Assembly: GCA_943788915.1 (NCBI GenBank)
Contig: CALSSD010000003.1
Location: forward strand, 446,663 to 510,662
From: an uncultured Acidimicrobiales bacterium
GTDB taxonomy: Bacteria; Actinomycetota; Acidimicrobiia; Acidimicrobiales; UBA10347
Direction of reading: 5' to 3'
DNA: 64,000 nucleotides
Shown piece by piece: positions 11,674 through 22,169 of this stretch. Below the pieces are notes generated by a model that was not told the origin of the DNA, searched no databases, and saw only the letters and a list, made by a program, of their open reading frames with translations. How positions within the stretch are numbered: the stretch's first letter is position 1; each line of letters opens with the position of its first letter. Both the position numbers and the translations under genes were made by a program.

Positions 11674-11985
11674 TGGTTGAACTGAGTCCTCGCACTCGAT
11701 GTGTTTGGACTGTAGTTCTCAATGCCTGGACGGTCAGCGAACAGGCGAGCGTGTTCGGCTTCGGTGCGAGCTGAGCCGTGGCCCAGCGGCCTGTGAGCGC
11801 AGCGAACAAGCGGTAACATCAGCCGGAGGCATCTGGCTAGCACCAATCCGCGCGGCCTCCTGGCAGCGCCGCTGGACGGGTGATCAGCCGGCGCATCAAG
11901 GCACGCCAGCCAGCATCATGGAGTCGACCCACATCAACCAGTCTGACAGACTCGAGTTCGCAAGCTTCCACCTCAAGGAGCCGTC

Positions 11986-12417
11986 ATGGTGCTGCAAGAC
12001 ATAAACCCCATCAACGATCAACTGGCCGACATCATCGTTCGGGCCGGTGAGCCGTGGATCGAGACAGCGCCCGGCATGGCGTGGACGAAGGTCTTGTGGA
12101 CCGGCCCCGAGACCGGACGCTGGGTCGCCCTCTTTCGATGGAACAAGGGCTACGTTGCCCCTCCCCACAAACACCTCTCCGACGCCCACACCTATGTCCT
12201 CAAGGGCAAGTTACAGGTACGCGATGGCGTGCTCGAAGCCGGCGACTACGACTATGAACCCAATGGCGTGTTGCATGGCAAGACCGAAGCGCTCGAAGAC
12301 ACCGAGTACCTCTTCGTATGCGAAGGCCCCGTCGTCTTCTTTGACGAAGATGGCATAACCAGCTACCTCAGCTGGGAAGAGATGCAAAAGCTAAAAGACT
12401 CAGCCCACACCAACTGA
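11986..12417 (+). CDS. Cupin domain protein (ChrR / 2,4'-dihydroxyacetophenone dioxygenase-like)
   Basis: PPHKH...YVLKG and GDYDYEPNG..H cupin motifs; AAGGAG RBS. Confidence 0.75.
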   Translation: MVLQDINPINDQLADIIVRAGEPWIETAPGMAWTKVLWTGPETGRWVALFRWNKGYVAPPHKHLSDAHTYVLKGKLQVRDGVLEAGDYDYEPNGVLHGKTEALEDTEYLFVCEGPVVFFDEDGITSYLSWEEMQKLKDSAHTN

Positions 12418-12479
12418 CCTGCCCAATTTCTCCATCGATAACTTCTACATCGACAACCAGCCGAAGAAAGGCCAACACC

Positions 12480-12767
12480 ATGGCTGCCTACATCATTGCT
12501 CGGGTGAGCGTTACCGACACCGATCAGTACGACAAATACAAGCTGTTGACTCCCGCTGCTGTTGCCGGACACGGTGGCTCGTTCATCGTGCGGGGCGGCG
12601 ACCACCAGGTACTCGAGGGCGAAGCCGACAACCGTCGCATCGTGGTGCTCGAGTTCCCAACCAGCGCCGACGCGCGTGCCTTCTATGACTCCCCTGCCTA
12701 CGTGGACGCCAGGGCCGTTCGGTCGGGCGCCGCGGAGATGGAAATGGTGTTGGTCGAAGGCGCGTAG
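12480..12767 (+). CDS. DUF1330 family protein
   Basis: MAAYII start, GGSFIVRGG, VLEFP, FYDSPAY pattern. Confidence 0.85.
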   Translation: MAAYIIARVSVTDTDQYDKYKLLTPAAVAGHGGSFIVRGGDHQVLEGEADNRRIVVLEFPTSADARAFYDSPAYVDARAVRSGAAEMEMVLVEGA

Positions 12768-12774
12768 TCTGCTG

Positions 12775-14679
12775 CTACGGCTCGATGACCGTCGCGGTGG
12801 TATTCACATCGAGCGATGCCACGAACTCTTCGAACAAACCACCATCACCTGCGGTGACAACAATCGATCCGTCGGCAAGTAGATCCGGCAGCACTGGCGA
12901 GTTGTACCCGATCTGCACCATCGAAGCATGGGTTGCTTCTACTGCTACATCGGCAGCAGCGAGTTGTTCGGCCGACGGCGCTTCGTACTGGTGAATCGTC
13001 TTGTTCGACACGCCCATCAGATGAGTTTCGTCCCGGTCGGTGATCGTCCACGCTATGGACGCAGTGTCTCGGAACTGATCAGGGTCGAAGCGAACGCCCA
13101 GCATGTCGATGAGTTGCATGCATGTCATCGCTGCAGCCACACCCGGCGGGCGCACGGCCCCCAGATAGTACGAACCGTGGCGAAGTTCGTGGGCGGCGCT
13201 GAGATAGGCATTTCGCCAGGTGGCTGACTCGGACTGATAACCAAGCTGCTCCATGGCATCTGCGGAAAGCGTGCGAGCTGCCCGATTCTTGGGATCAGCG
13301 AAGACCAAATGGTTGAGCACCTGCACGACCCAGCGGTAGTCACCGTCGTCGAAAGCCCGCTGCGCTCCGGACACTACGGCATCGGCGCCACCCATCATCT
13401 CGACGTAACGTTTGCCCGCCTCGACCGGTGGATGCGGGTTGAGCTTCGACGGATTGCCGTCGTACCAGCCCAAATAGCGGTCATACACCGACCGCACATT
13501 GTGTGACACCGTGCCGTAATAACCCTGCACATGGGACTGATGGGCATAGTTCGCTGGCATCTCAAGCTGGGCAGCAATGTCGTCGGGCGTGTAACCCTGG
13601 TTGGCAAGCCGAAGCGTCTGGTCATGCATCCACCGGTAGACATCGCGCTGCAGGGCCAGGAAGTCCTTCACGTCGCCCTGACCAAATCGTGGCCAATGGT
13701 GGCTAGCGAACATGGTGTCGGTGTCATCACCCCACATGACCAGGGCTTCGTGCAGGTACTTGCTCCAGGCAAGCGAATCTCGCACCTTCGCCCCACGAAG
13801 TGGATACAGGTTGTGCAAATTGTGTGAGCAGTTCTCGGCCATACACAGCAGCCTCTTGTCGGGGAAGAAGAAGTTCATCTCCGCTGGCGCTTCGGCATCC
13901 GGGGTGTTCTGGAACACCACCCGCACTCCTCCGATCTCGAGTTCAGCGCCGGTCTCAGAAACTGTCTCGGTCGGCGCCAGCAGACTGCGGTGGCCGATCG
14001 GCATGTCGACCCCGAGGCCGGTATTGACCTTGCCAGTCGGGCCGTGGGGCAACAACACGCCGAACTGATGGATCGCGCGCCGCATCATGATGGGGCCAGC
14101 GGTGCCGTTCTCGCTCACGGCCTCTTCCAAGAACCCTTCGGGAGCGATGATCCGACAGTTGCCGGCATCGACGGCTTCACGGCTGGTCACACCGAACACA
14201 CCGCCGTAGTGGTCGACATGGCTGTGGGTGTAGATCACCGCGCTCACCGGGCGTTCCCCAAGTGCCTCGTTCGCCAACTGGAGGCACGCCGCCGCGGTCG
14301 GTGTGGTCGTGAGCGGATCAATGATCAGCCAACCATCGGCGGTGTCGATGAAGGTGATGTTCGAGATGTCATACCCGCGTGCCTGCCACACACCATCACC
14401 AACCTCGAACAGGCCGTGGATGGCATTCAGCTGACCCTGACGCCACAGACCAGGGTGCACCGTGGCCGGGGCCTCAGAGCCGTCACGCAAGTAGTCGTGA
14501 CGGGTGCCGTCCCATGCGACCCCGGTGTCGCGACCGATCACGGTCGTGGGGTGGGTGGCGACAAGCCCTCGTCGGGCAAAGTCAAAGTCGGTTTCGTCGT
14601 CGAAGCTCAGCACCGCCGCGCTGTTCGACGCTTGGGTAAACGAGGTTGCTGGCTTGGGACCCAGATCTTCTTCCATCAC
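12775..14679 (-). CDS. Alkyl/aryl sulfatase (SdsA1-like metallo-beta-lactamase fold)
   Basis: VHPGLWRQ, RGYDISN, THSHVDHYGG, EAPAEM, LRGAKVRD, HHWP, QLGYQSES motifs. Confidence 0.9.
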   Translation of the reverse strand: MMEEDLGPKPATSFTQASNSAAVLSFDDETDFDFARRGLVATHPTTVIGRDTGVAWDGTRHDYLRDGSEAPATVHPGLWRQGQLNAIHGLFEVGDGVWQARGYDISNITFIDTADGWLIIDPLTTTPTAAACLQLANEALGERPVSAVIYTHSHVDHYGGVFGVTSREAVDAGNCRIIAPEGFLEEAVSENGTAGPIMMRRAIHQFGVLLPHGPTGKVNTGLGVDMPIGHRSLLAPTETVSETGAELEIGGVRVVFQNTPDAEAPAEMNFFFPDKRLLCMAENCSHNLHNLYPLRGAKVRDSLAWSKYLHEALVMWGDDTDTMFASHHWPRFGQGDVKDFLALQRDVYRWMHDQTLRLANQGYTPDDIAAQLEMPANYAHQSHVQGYYGTVSHNVRSVYDRYLGWYDGNPSKLNPHPPVEAGKRYVEMMGGADAVVSGAQRAFDDGDYRWVVQVLNHLVFADPKNRAARTLSADAMEQLGYQSESATWRNAYLSAAHELRHGSYYLGAVRPPGVAAAMTCMQLIDMLGVRFDPDQFRDTASIAWTITDRDETHLMGVSNKTIHQYEAPSAEQLAAADVAVEATHASMVQIGYNSPVLPDLLADGSIVVTAGDGGLFEEFVASLDVNTTATVIEP

Positions 14680-14997
14680 CCCATCTTGCTAGGCGAAGGC
14701 CGCTCGCGTGTATATCCAGATTTGGGCTCGAGATAAGCGCCATCAGTCGATGAGTTTGGGACGCTGAGCAAATCGGCTGTCGAATTCACCCACATGCTCG
14801 ATCGCGTCTTCGTTGAGACCCTTGCCACCGAACTCGAGCAGGATCGAGACCGCACCATCGTGCAGGCAAATCGGAAACGAGTTTGTTTCCGTCGCCGCGT
14901 CGCTCCCGAACGCTACGAGGAAAGTTTGATGCAGCCGTGACGCACCGTCATGGCGTTCCCTCCCAACAAACTTTGCCGTTTGTTAGCGTCGCAGCGT

Positions 14998-17544
14998 ATG
15001 AAGAACTCGGCACAGGTTGTGGTCATAGGCGGCGGCGTTGTCGGCGCAAGTGTCCTGTATCACCTCACCAAGGCTGGTTGGACCGATGTCGTGCTTGTCG
15101 AACGCACCGAACTAACCGCAGGCTCCACCTGGCACTCCGCCGGAGGCATGCACACGCTCAACGGCGATCCGAATGTCGCCAAACTGCAGCAGTACACAAT
15201 CGAGCTGTACAAAGAGATCGAAGAAGTATCGGGTCAAGACTGCGGCATCCACATCACCGGCGGAGTCATGCTGGCTGACACACCCGAACGAATGGACTGG
15301 CTGCGCATGAGCCACGCCCGCGGTCGGTACTTGGGCATGGAGACCGAACTGATCTCGGTAGCCGAGGCAAAAGAGCTCCTACCTATCTTCGAAGAGAAGT
15401 ACTTCGTTGGCGCCATGTACGACGCGCACGAAGGTCACGTCGACCCGACCGGGGTGACCCATGCCTATGCCAAGGCCGCCCGCCAGGCCGGCGCCGAGAT
15501 CTATCGAGACACCTGGGCCCGCGATCTACACCGCCAGGCCGACGGAACGTGGCGGGTCGATCTGATCCAGACAAGCACCGGCGAGGACGCTGGCGCCATT
15601 GTTTGCGACCATGTCGTGAATGCTGGCGGACTGTGGGCCCGCGAAGTCGGGCGCATGGCAGGTATCGAAGCCCCGGTACTGGCCATGGAACACATCTACA
15701 TCGTCACCGAACCCCTCGATGAGGTCGCACAGTGGAACGCAGACAAAGGCAGCGAAATGCTGCATGCCATCGACTTCGGCGGCGAGATCTACATGCGCCA
15801 GGAACAAGGTGGACTGCTGCTCGGCACCTATGAACCGAATGGGCGCCCGTGGTCAGTCGAAGAGACTCCGTGGGAATTCGGCAGGCAACTGCTCGACCCA
15901 AACCTGGATCACATTGCTGAGTCACTGCAGCGAGGTTTCGACCATTTCCCTATCTTTGGGCGCTCAGGCATCAAGAGCGTGATCAACGGCCCGTTTACGT
16001 TCTCACCCGATGGCAATCCGTTGCTCGGTCCGGTGCGAGGTTTGCCTGGTTACTGGTCTGCCTGTGCGGTCATGGCCGGGCTCTCTCAGGGCGGTGGTGT
16101 TGGTCTTGCAGTTGCGAACTGGATCACCGAAGGCGACCCCGGCTTCGACGTGTGGGCCATGGACATCAGTCGCTACGGCGACTTCGCCTCGATGGCGTGG
16201 ACAAACACCAAGGTGCGCGAGAACTATGGCCGCCGCTTCCGCATCCGGTTCCCGAACGAATTCCTTCCCGACGGCCGGCCGCTGGCCACAACCCCGATCT
16301 ACGACAAACTCGTTGCAGCCAATGCGGTATGGGGTGATTCGTTTGGACTCGAGACAGCGCAATGGTTTCAGAAACCAGGACTCGACCCCATCGAAGAGTT
16401 CAGCTTTGGCCGCTCCAACGCATGGGAGCAGGTCAGGGCCGAGACCCTGGCCGTGCGTAACGGCGTCGGTCTGATGGAGACATCAGGATTCTCCAAGTTC
16501 GAGTTCACTGGGCCCGGGGCCCGCGACTTCCTAGACCGGTTGATTACGAACGCCATGCCAAAACCCGGCCGCATGGTTCTCGCTCCAATGACGAACGAGG
16601 CCGGCAAACTCATTGGTGATCTCACGATTGCCTGCCCAGAACCCGCACGAGGTTTGGCCGAAGGACCCCGCTCGACCGTCACTGGCGGCGCAACCGCAAA
16701 CACGTCGGCCGACGAACGGTTCTTTGTGTTCGGTTCGGGTATCGCAGAGCGGTACTACGAGCGCTGGTTCGACGAACATCTTCCGGCCGATCCCAGTGGC
16801 GTTGACCAATCGGTGAGTTACCACACACACGGTTGGGACATGTGCGGCCTTTCCATCGCTGGGCCTCGCTCTCGTGAACTATTGGAACGAGTCACTGGCG
16901 CCGACGTGTCGACCGAAGCCTTCCGGTTTATGGGCTTCCGTGACCTTGAAGTCGGCTGGGCCCGGGTGTGGTGCGGCCGAGTGAGTTACTCGGGCGATCT
17001 GGGATATGAGTTCTGGATGCCATCGAGCATGCAGCGGTATGTCTACGAGACGCTGCTCGAAGCCGGAGCCGACCTCGACGTCCAACTCTTTGGTAGCGCT
17101 GCGCTCAACTCGCTTCGACTCGAGAAAGGTTTCGGAAGCTGGGCGCGCGAGTTCCGCCCGCTCTACACGCCGTTCGAAGCGGGTCTCGACCGCTTCGTGA
17201 AGCTTGATTCGGCCATGAAACCACATGGATTTGTCGGCCGTGATGCCTTGATTGCCGCTCAGGCCGACGGGCCAACACTTCGTTTGCTCACATGGGTGGT
17301 CGATGCCGACGAACACGACGTGATCGGCGACGAACCGATCTGGCACGACGGCCAGGTTGTGGGCTGGGTTACGTCGGGTGGTTATGCCCACCACAGCGAG
17401 GTCTCAGTTGCGCTTGGGTATGTACCAGCGGCACTCGAGACATCGCGTGGTGAGTTTGAAATCGAAATCGTCGGCGTGCGCCATCAGGCCACTCTCGTCG
17501 ACGGTTGCTTGTGGGACGCCGACGGGTCCCGCATGCGCAGTTAA
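14998..17544 (+). CDS. Dimethylglycine/sarcosine dehydrogenase-like FAD-dependent oxidoreductase with GcvT C-terminal domain
   Basis: IGGGVVG, LTAGSTWHSAG, NGPFTFSPDG, RVSYSGDLGYE, SLRLEKG motifs. Confidence 0.88.
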   Translation: MKNSAQVVVIGGGVVGASVLYHLTKAGWTDVVLVERTELTAGSTWHSAGGMHTLNGDPNVAKLQQYTIELYKEIEEVSGQDCGIHITGGVMLADTPERMDWLRMSHARGRYLGMETELISVAEAKELLPIFEEKYFVGAMYDAHEGHVDPTGVTHAYAKAARQAGAEIYRDTWARDLHRQADGTWRVDLIQTSTGEDAGAIVCDHVVNAGGLWAREVGRMAGIEAPVLAMEHIYIVTEPLDEVAQWNADKGSEMLHAIDFGGEIYMRQEQGGLLLGTYEPNGRPWSVEETPWEFGRQLLDPNLDHIAESLQRGFDHFPIFGRSGIKSVINGPFTFSPDGNPLLGPVRGLPGYWSACAVMAGLSQGGGVGLAVANWITEGDPGFDVWAMDISRYGDFASMAWTNTKVRENYGRRFRIRFPNEFLPDGRPLATTPIYDKLVAANAVWGDSFGLETAQWFQKPGLDPIEEFSFGRSNAWEQVRAETLAVRNGVGLMETSGFSKFEFTGPGARDFLDRLITNAMPKPGRMVLAPMTNEAGKLIGDLTIACPEPARGLAEGPRSTVTGGATANTSADERFFVFGSGIAERYYERWFDEHLPADPSGVDQSVSYHTHGWDMCGLSIAGPRSRELLERVTGADVSTEAFRFMGFRDLEVGWARVWCGRVSYSGDLGYEFWMPSSMQRYVYETLLEAGADLDVQLFGSAALNSLRLEKGFGSWAREFRPLYTPFEAGLDRFVKLDSAMKPHGFVGRDALIAAQADGPTLRLLTWVVDADEHDVIGDEPIWHDGQVVGWVTSGGYAHHSEVSVALGYVPAALETSRGEFEIEIVGVRHQATLVDGCLWDADGSRMRS

Positions 17545-17565
17545 AGCACGCTGGAGAAGAAACTA

Positions 17566-18687
17566 ATGGCAGAAGTAACTATTGGATCCCGGCTACGAAC
17601 CTCACCGTTCTACGACGCAACGATCCGAGCCGGAGCCCGGTCGTTCACCGTCTATAACCGCATGTATATGCCGACCGGATTCGGCGATCCTGCTGCTGAA
17701 TACGAGCGCCTGACCACCGCGGTTGCGCTGTGGGATGTCGCCGCAGAACGACAAGTCGAGATCGTCGGGCCGGATGCAGCGGCGTTTGTGAACCATCTGT
17801 CTGCACGCGACCTCACCGGCATGAAAGTCGGGCGGTCCCGTTACGCCCCGATGTGTGACCACGATGGCCGACTGATTAATGATCCGGTCGCTCTGCGCGT
17901 TGACCATGACCGTTATTGGTTATCACTAGCCGACGGCGAAATCCTGTTGTGGGTTCGCGCCATCGCCGGCGAACAGGGCGCCAACGTTCGGATCTTTGAA
18001 CCCGACGTATCCCCACTCGCTATTCAAGGTCCTTTGGCCGTGGACCTGGCGCGCGATCTGTTCGGCACCGAGTTGGTCGACAGCCTTGGTTTCTTCCATC
18101 ACTGCCCGGTCAAGATCGACGGCATTCCGATGGTGTTGTGCCGATCAGGCTGGAGCAAACAAGGTGGGTTCGAACTGTTCTTGACCGATGGGTCAAAGGG
18201 AAACCGTTTGTGGGAGATCGTCATGACGGCTGGCGAGGTCTATGGCATCGGGCCTGGTTCTCCTGACCTGCAAGAACGTATCGAGAGCGGTTTGTTGAGC
18301 TTTGGGGCCGACCATGACCGTGACACCGATCCAATCGAAGCTGGTCTTGGCGCCTATGTGTCCCTTGACAGTGGCCATCCATTCGTTGGTCGGGTCGCAC
18401 TCGAAAACCGTTTGGCAGAACACACCCGCCGCCCGGTTGTGAATGTCCGACTGCATGGTGACCCAGTGCCATGCCAGACACCGTGGCCAGCGTGGTTCGG
18501 TGCCATGCCGATTGGCATGCTGCGCAACGCGGTGTGGTCAACAAAACTCGAGTTGTGGTTAGGCCTTGCGCAACTAACCACCCCGCACGCCGAACCTGGC
18601 ACTGTCTTCGACATCTCCCTGCCCGATGGCACGAACATCACCGCCACCGTCCACGACCAACCGTTCGGCGTCATCCAAACTCCCTAG
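17566..18687 (+). CDS. dmdA: GcvT-family aminomethyltransferase, DMSP demethylase (DmdA)-like
   Basis: SRLRTSPF, TVYNRM, LWDVAAERQV, INDPV, WLSLADG, DVSPLAIQGP, RSGWSKQGGFE, ERIESGLLSFG resemble DmdA. Confidence 0.6.
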   Translation: MAEVTIGSRLRTSPFYDATIRAGARSFTVYNRMYMPTGFGDPAAEYERLTTAVALWDVAAERQVEIVGPDAAAFVNHLSARDLTGMKVGRSRYAPMCDHDGRLINDPVALRVDHDRYWLSLADGEILLWVRAIAGEQGANVRIFEPDVSPLAIQGPLAVDLARDLFGTELVDSLGFFHHCPVKIDGIPMVLCRSGWSKQGGFELFLTDGSKGNRLWEIVMTAGEVYGIGPGSPDLQERIESGLLSFGADHDRDTDPIEAGLGAYVSLDSGHPFVGRVALENRLAEHTRRPVVNVRLHGDPVPCQTPWPAWFGAMPIGMLRNAVWSTKLELWLGLAQLTTPHAEPGTVFDISLPDGTNITATVHDQPFGVIQTP

Positions 18688-18744
18688 CGGTCGTGCACCG
18701 CTCGCTTCGCCAAGGCATCGCCGTGACGCAAAGATGACAGTGCC

Positions 18745-18777
18745 TAAACATGACGGTGCCTGGCACCGTCATGTTTA
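18745..18777. repeat. REP-like palindrome (16-bp arms, 1-nt spacer) upstream of RAYT, preceded by a degenerate half-site at 18731-18744
   Basis: TAAACATGACGGTGCC-T-GGCACCGTCATGTTTA. Confidence 0.9.
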
Positions 18778-18841
18778 CAGAGACGCTGGTGTTCGGTAAC
18801 GTCGCCTTCAGCTTCCCTGCGAAACAATGCAAGGGGAAGCT

Positions 18842-19717
18842 ATGAGCCGCCTCCACCGTCTCGATCCCGAGCACGGCATTCACCACGTCTACAGCCGCGG
18901 CACGCGTCGATGGGCCTTGTTCATCGATCGCCTGGACTACCAGACGTTTCTCCACAGGTTGGGGGTCGTTTGTCATCGCTACGGCATAACGATCCACGCG
19001 TTCTGCCTTATGGGGAATCACTTTCACCTCGTCGTGTATTGCCAAGAAGGAAACATCTCTGCTGCATTGCGCGACCTGAAATCGCTCTACGCCCGACGAC
19101 ACAACGATCGCCATGGATTCAGCGGTCCGCTCTTTGAGTCGCGGTTCGGCTCCAAGCTCGTTGCGTCGTACGAATATCTCCGCACACTCATCCGCTACGT
19201 ACATCGCAACCCACTAGCGATCGATAGCAGGAACCCGCTGGTGGCGCACGAATGGTCGAGTCATCGCTACTTTGTGGAAGCAACCTTGCATTCCCCCGAA
19301 TGGCTCGACACCACTTTGCCGCTGTCCTTCTTTAACGATCGCCGTGACTATCGCCTTTTCGTGGAAGGCCCCGAGGCGCTTCGCTCTCAACCAGTCCGTA
19401 TCGCTCTGTCGAACGACGTCCCACAGGACCGAGGTGACACCGCACTATCGACACTCCTGTTACTCGTGGCTGCGGTCGCCCGATGCGAAGTGGCCGACAT
19501 CCGGGCGCGCAAGCGGAACGGTTTGATCGGCGTTGTCATGCTGATTGCGACCGACTTGGGCTTTTACACCGCTCGAGAGCTCGCCGACGCGTGCAACTTC
19601 AGCTCGGCCAGCGCTGTCTTCAACGCAGTTGCCCAGACCAGACACCGGTTGTCTTATGACGAGAGCCTGCAAGCGGTTCACCTCGCGACAGCTTCACGTC
19701 TAGGAGCGATGCCATAG
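18842..19717 (+). mobile_element. REP-associated tyrosine transposase (RAYT, IS200-like Y1 HUH) with C-terminal HTH-like extension
   Basis: HHVYSRG, CLMGNHFHL (HUH), LFESRF, YVHRNP, WSSH motifs; flanked on both sides by the same palindrome. Confidence 0.9.
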
Positions 19718-19725
19718 ACACAGGT

Positions 19726-19764
19726 CGCTAAACATGACGGTGCCTGGCACCGTCATGTTTAGCG
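19726..19764. repeat. REP-like palindrome (19-bp arms) downstream of RAYT
   Basis: CGCTAAACATGACGGTGCC-T-GGCACCGTCATGTTTAGCG. Confidence 0.9.
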
Positions 19765-19870
19765 TGAGGGTTCGAGAACTCGCGCGTCAGCGCCTGCCAC
19801 GGACTAGGAACGACTTGAGCGCGGCGCTCTCGACCTCACCGGTTCGGTCTCCACCTCGATGGCAGGGGCG

Positions 19871-20842
19871 TCAGCGCTTTCGGGCGAGTGTCATACCGAA
19901 GTCGGCGGCGGCGTCGGTCCACTGTTCGACAATGGACAGACCTAAGGCCTCGAGTTCTGCAGCGATGCCCTCGAGTCGGAACTTGGCGCTGATCTCGGTG
20001 TGGATTTCTTCTCCAGCGCCGAGGTCGACAACTAGATCCAGATCGCGCACATGAACGGTCTGGGCAACCTTGCTTCGCACCCGAATATCGATCCATTCGT
20101 TATCGGCATCCCAATCGGCAACATGCTCGAATTGATCCAGGTCAAAATCAGCGTTCAGCTCGCGATTGAGCATCGTGAACATGTTGAGGTTGAACTGTGC
20201 GGTGACACCCTTGGCATCGTTGTACGCCGCCCACAACCGATCAGGATCCTTGACCAGGTCGGTTCCCAACAGGAAGGTGCCGCCCGGTTCAAGGGCAGCG
20301 ACGACGTCGGCGACGAATCGTTTACGAGCGCTTGGTTCGAAGTTTCCAATGGTGCTGCCCAGGAACGCCACCATGCCGGTGCCGCCGATTGGCACGAGCG
20401 GGATGTGACGGTCGAAGTCGCCGACGATGCCGTGCACCGATATGCCGGGATAGTCGTTGTTGATATCGCCGGCAGCGGATCGCAGCATCTCTTCGCTGAC
20501 GTCGAATGGCACATAACGTTTGAGCACATCAGCGGCGGCCATTGCATCGAGCAGGACTCGGCTCTTCTCACTGGTTCCCGATCCAAGCTCGACCAGTGTG
20601 TCTGCACCAGCGGCGGCCACAATCTCATCGGCACGAGTGTGCAGGATCTCTCGTTCCGCACGGAACGGGTAGTACTCGTCGAGTTTCGTGATCTGATCAA
20701 ATAGCTGGCTGCCCACCGCGTCGTAGAACCACTTCGCAGGGATAAAACGATCGTCGGCCGAGAGTCCGGTGCGCACGTCATATTCGAGCGTGGTACGCCA
20801 CCAGTCAGGCTTGAGATGCACATCGATACGTATGGAATTCAT
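19871..20842 (-). CDS. egtD: L-histidine N(alpha)-methyltransferase
   Basis: PAKWFYD, EYYPFRAE, ELGSGTSEKS, FLGSTIGN, AYNDAKGVTAQFN, TEISAKF. Confidence 0.93.
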   Translation of the reverse strand: MNSIRIDVHLKPDWWRTTLEYDVRTGLSADDRFIPAKWFYDAVGSQLFDQITKLDEYYPFRAEREILHTRADEIVAAAGADTLVELGSGTSEKSRVLLDAMAAADVLKRYVPFDVSEEMLRSAAGDINNDYPGISVHGIVGDFDRHIPLVPIGGTGMVAFLGSTIGNFEPSARKRFVADVVAALEPGGTFLLGTDLVKDPDRLWAAYNDAKGVTAQFNLNMFTMLNRELNADFDLDQFEHVADWDADNEWIDIRVRSKVAQTVHVRDLDLVVDLGAGEEIHTEISAKFRLEGIAAELEALGLSIVEQWTDAAADFGMTLARKR

Positions 20843-20900
20843 GAGAAGCCTTTGGGGGGAAGGATCGGGAGCGCCTGCGTGATAGGAGGCGTTGCGCATG

Positions 20901-22169
20901 TCAGACATTGCGGGCAAGCCGCACGCCTGAGAAGTGCCAACGAGTAGCTGGCATGAAAAAATTGCGATAACTCGCACGGATGTGCCCCGGTGGCGTTGCT
21001 ACACAGCCCCCTCGTAACACCCAGGTGTTGACCATGAATTTGCCGTTGTATTCACCGACCGCCCCAGGCGCAGTTTCGAACCCGGGATAGGGCGAGTACG
21101 AACTCGACGTCCATTGCCAAAGTTCGCTGAACATCTGACGCAAGGAACCATCGACCGGTGCAGCGGCGACGGGATGCACAATGGCCCGTGAACCGGCGTC
21201 TTCGGGAATGAGCGCTGTTGCCGACGCATGTTCCCACTCGGCTTCAGTCGGCAGTCGTCGTCCAGCCCATGACGCGAAGGCGTCGGCCTCGTAGTAGCTG
21301 ACATGGCTCACCGGTTCAGCCGGGTTCACCGGTCGCAGCCCCGCCAGCGTGAAGATCATCCACTGCCCATCGATCTCATACCAGTACTCGGGCGCACGCC
21401 AACCGTTCGTGTTCACCGCATGCCAGCCATCGGACAGCCAATGGGCAGCCTGGTCATAGCCACCATTATCGATGAAGTCGATCCACTCACCGCAGGTCAC
21501 CAGTCGATCGGCGAGTTCGAACGGTTGCAGAAGGACCTGGTGGTGTGGGCCCTCGTTGTCGAAGCTGAATTCGGCGCCTTTGTGACCGATGCTCTGGATC
21601 CCGCCCTCGAATTGCTGCCATCCGACAGGCGACGGGTCTTGTGCTGAGAGCTGCGGAGCATCGCTGTAATACGCAGGTCCCATTGGGTTGAGTGAAAAGA
21701 GATGTTTGATGTCCATGAGCAGCAACTCTTGATGTTGTTGCTCGTGATGGCACCCCAACACGACCAGTTCGGCCACCTCTTGCGCCACTGGCTCAATCAG
21801 CAATTCGAGCATGGCTGCATCGACATGTCGGCGGTATTCAGCAACCTCGTCGACGGTTGGTCGAGTGATCAAGCCTCGCTGGGCTCGGGTATGTCGAGGG
21901 CCGACAGCTTCGTAGTACGAGTTGAACAGGAAGCCGTACACCTCGTCGAGTTCGACGTACGTGGGATGAAAGGGTTTGAGCAGAAAAGTCTCAAAGAACC
22001 AGGTGACGTGCGCACGGTGCCACTTCGTTGGGCTGGCGTCCGGCATGGACTGCACAACCTGATCTTCAGCGCGCAACACAGATGCCAAGGTTTCGGTGTG
22101 GGCTCGGACTTCTTGGTACCGATCAGCGAGTTCCGTCGCAGATCGACCCGGTGATTGCTCAATGGTCAC
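20901..22169 (-). CDS. egtB: Ergothioneine biosynthesis sulfoxide synthase
   Basis: QSMPDASPTKWH, FNSYYEAVG, HHEQQHQEL iron motif, FDNE, GEYNGKFM, YRNFF; GTG start. Confidence 0.92.
   Translation of the reverse strand: MTIEQSPGRSATELADRYQEVRAHTETLASVLRAEDQVVQSMPDASPTKWHRAHVTWFFETFLLKPFHPTYVELDEVYGFLFNSYYEAVGPRHTRAQRGLITRPTVDEVAEYRRHVDAAMLELLIEPVAQEVAELVVLGCHHEQQHQELLLMDIKHLFSLNPMGPAYYSDAPQLSAQDPSPVGWQQFEGGIQSIGHKGAEFSFDNEGPHHQVLLQPFELADRLVTCGEWIDFIDNGGYDQAAHWLSDGWHAVNTNGWRAPEYWYEIDGQWMIFTLAGLRPVNPAEPVSHVSYYEADAFASWAGRRLPTEAEWEHASATALIPEDAGSRAIVHPVAAAPVDGSLRQMFSELWQWTSSSYSPYPGFETAPGAVGEYNGKFMVNTWVLRGGCVATPPGHIRASYRNFFMPATRWHFSGVRLARNV

Noticed and set aside
11740..11830. Structured ncRNA or small repeat element in the MFS-cupin intergenic region
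   Set aside because: Some pairing potential exists, but there is no second copy in the window and no recognisable family.
20901..22169. Selenoneine synthase senA
   Set aside because: No senB or senC is adjacent, and pairing with egtD fits ordinary ergothioneine synthesis; left as a check only.
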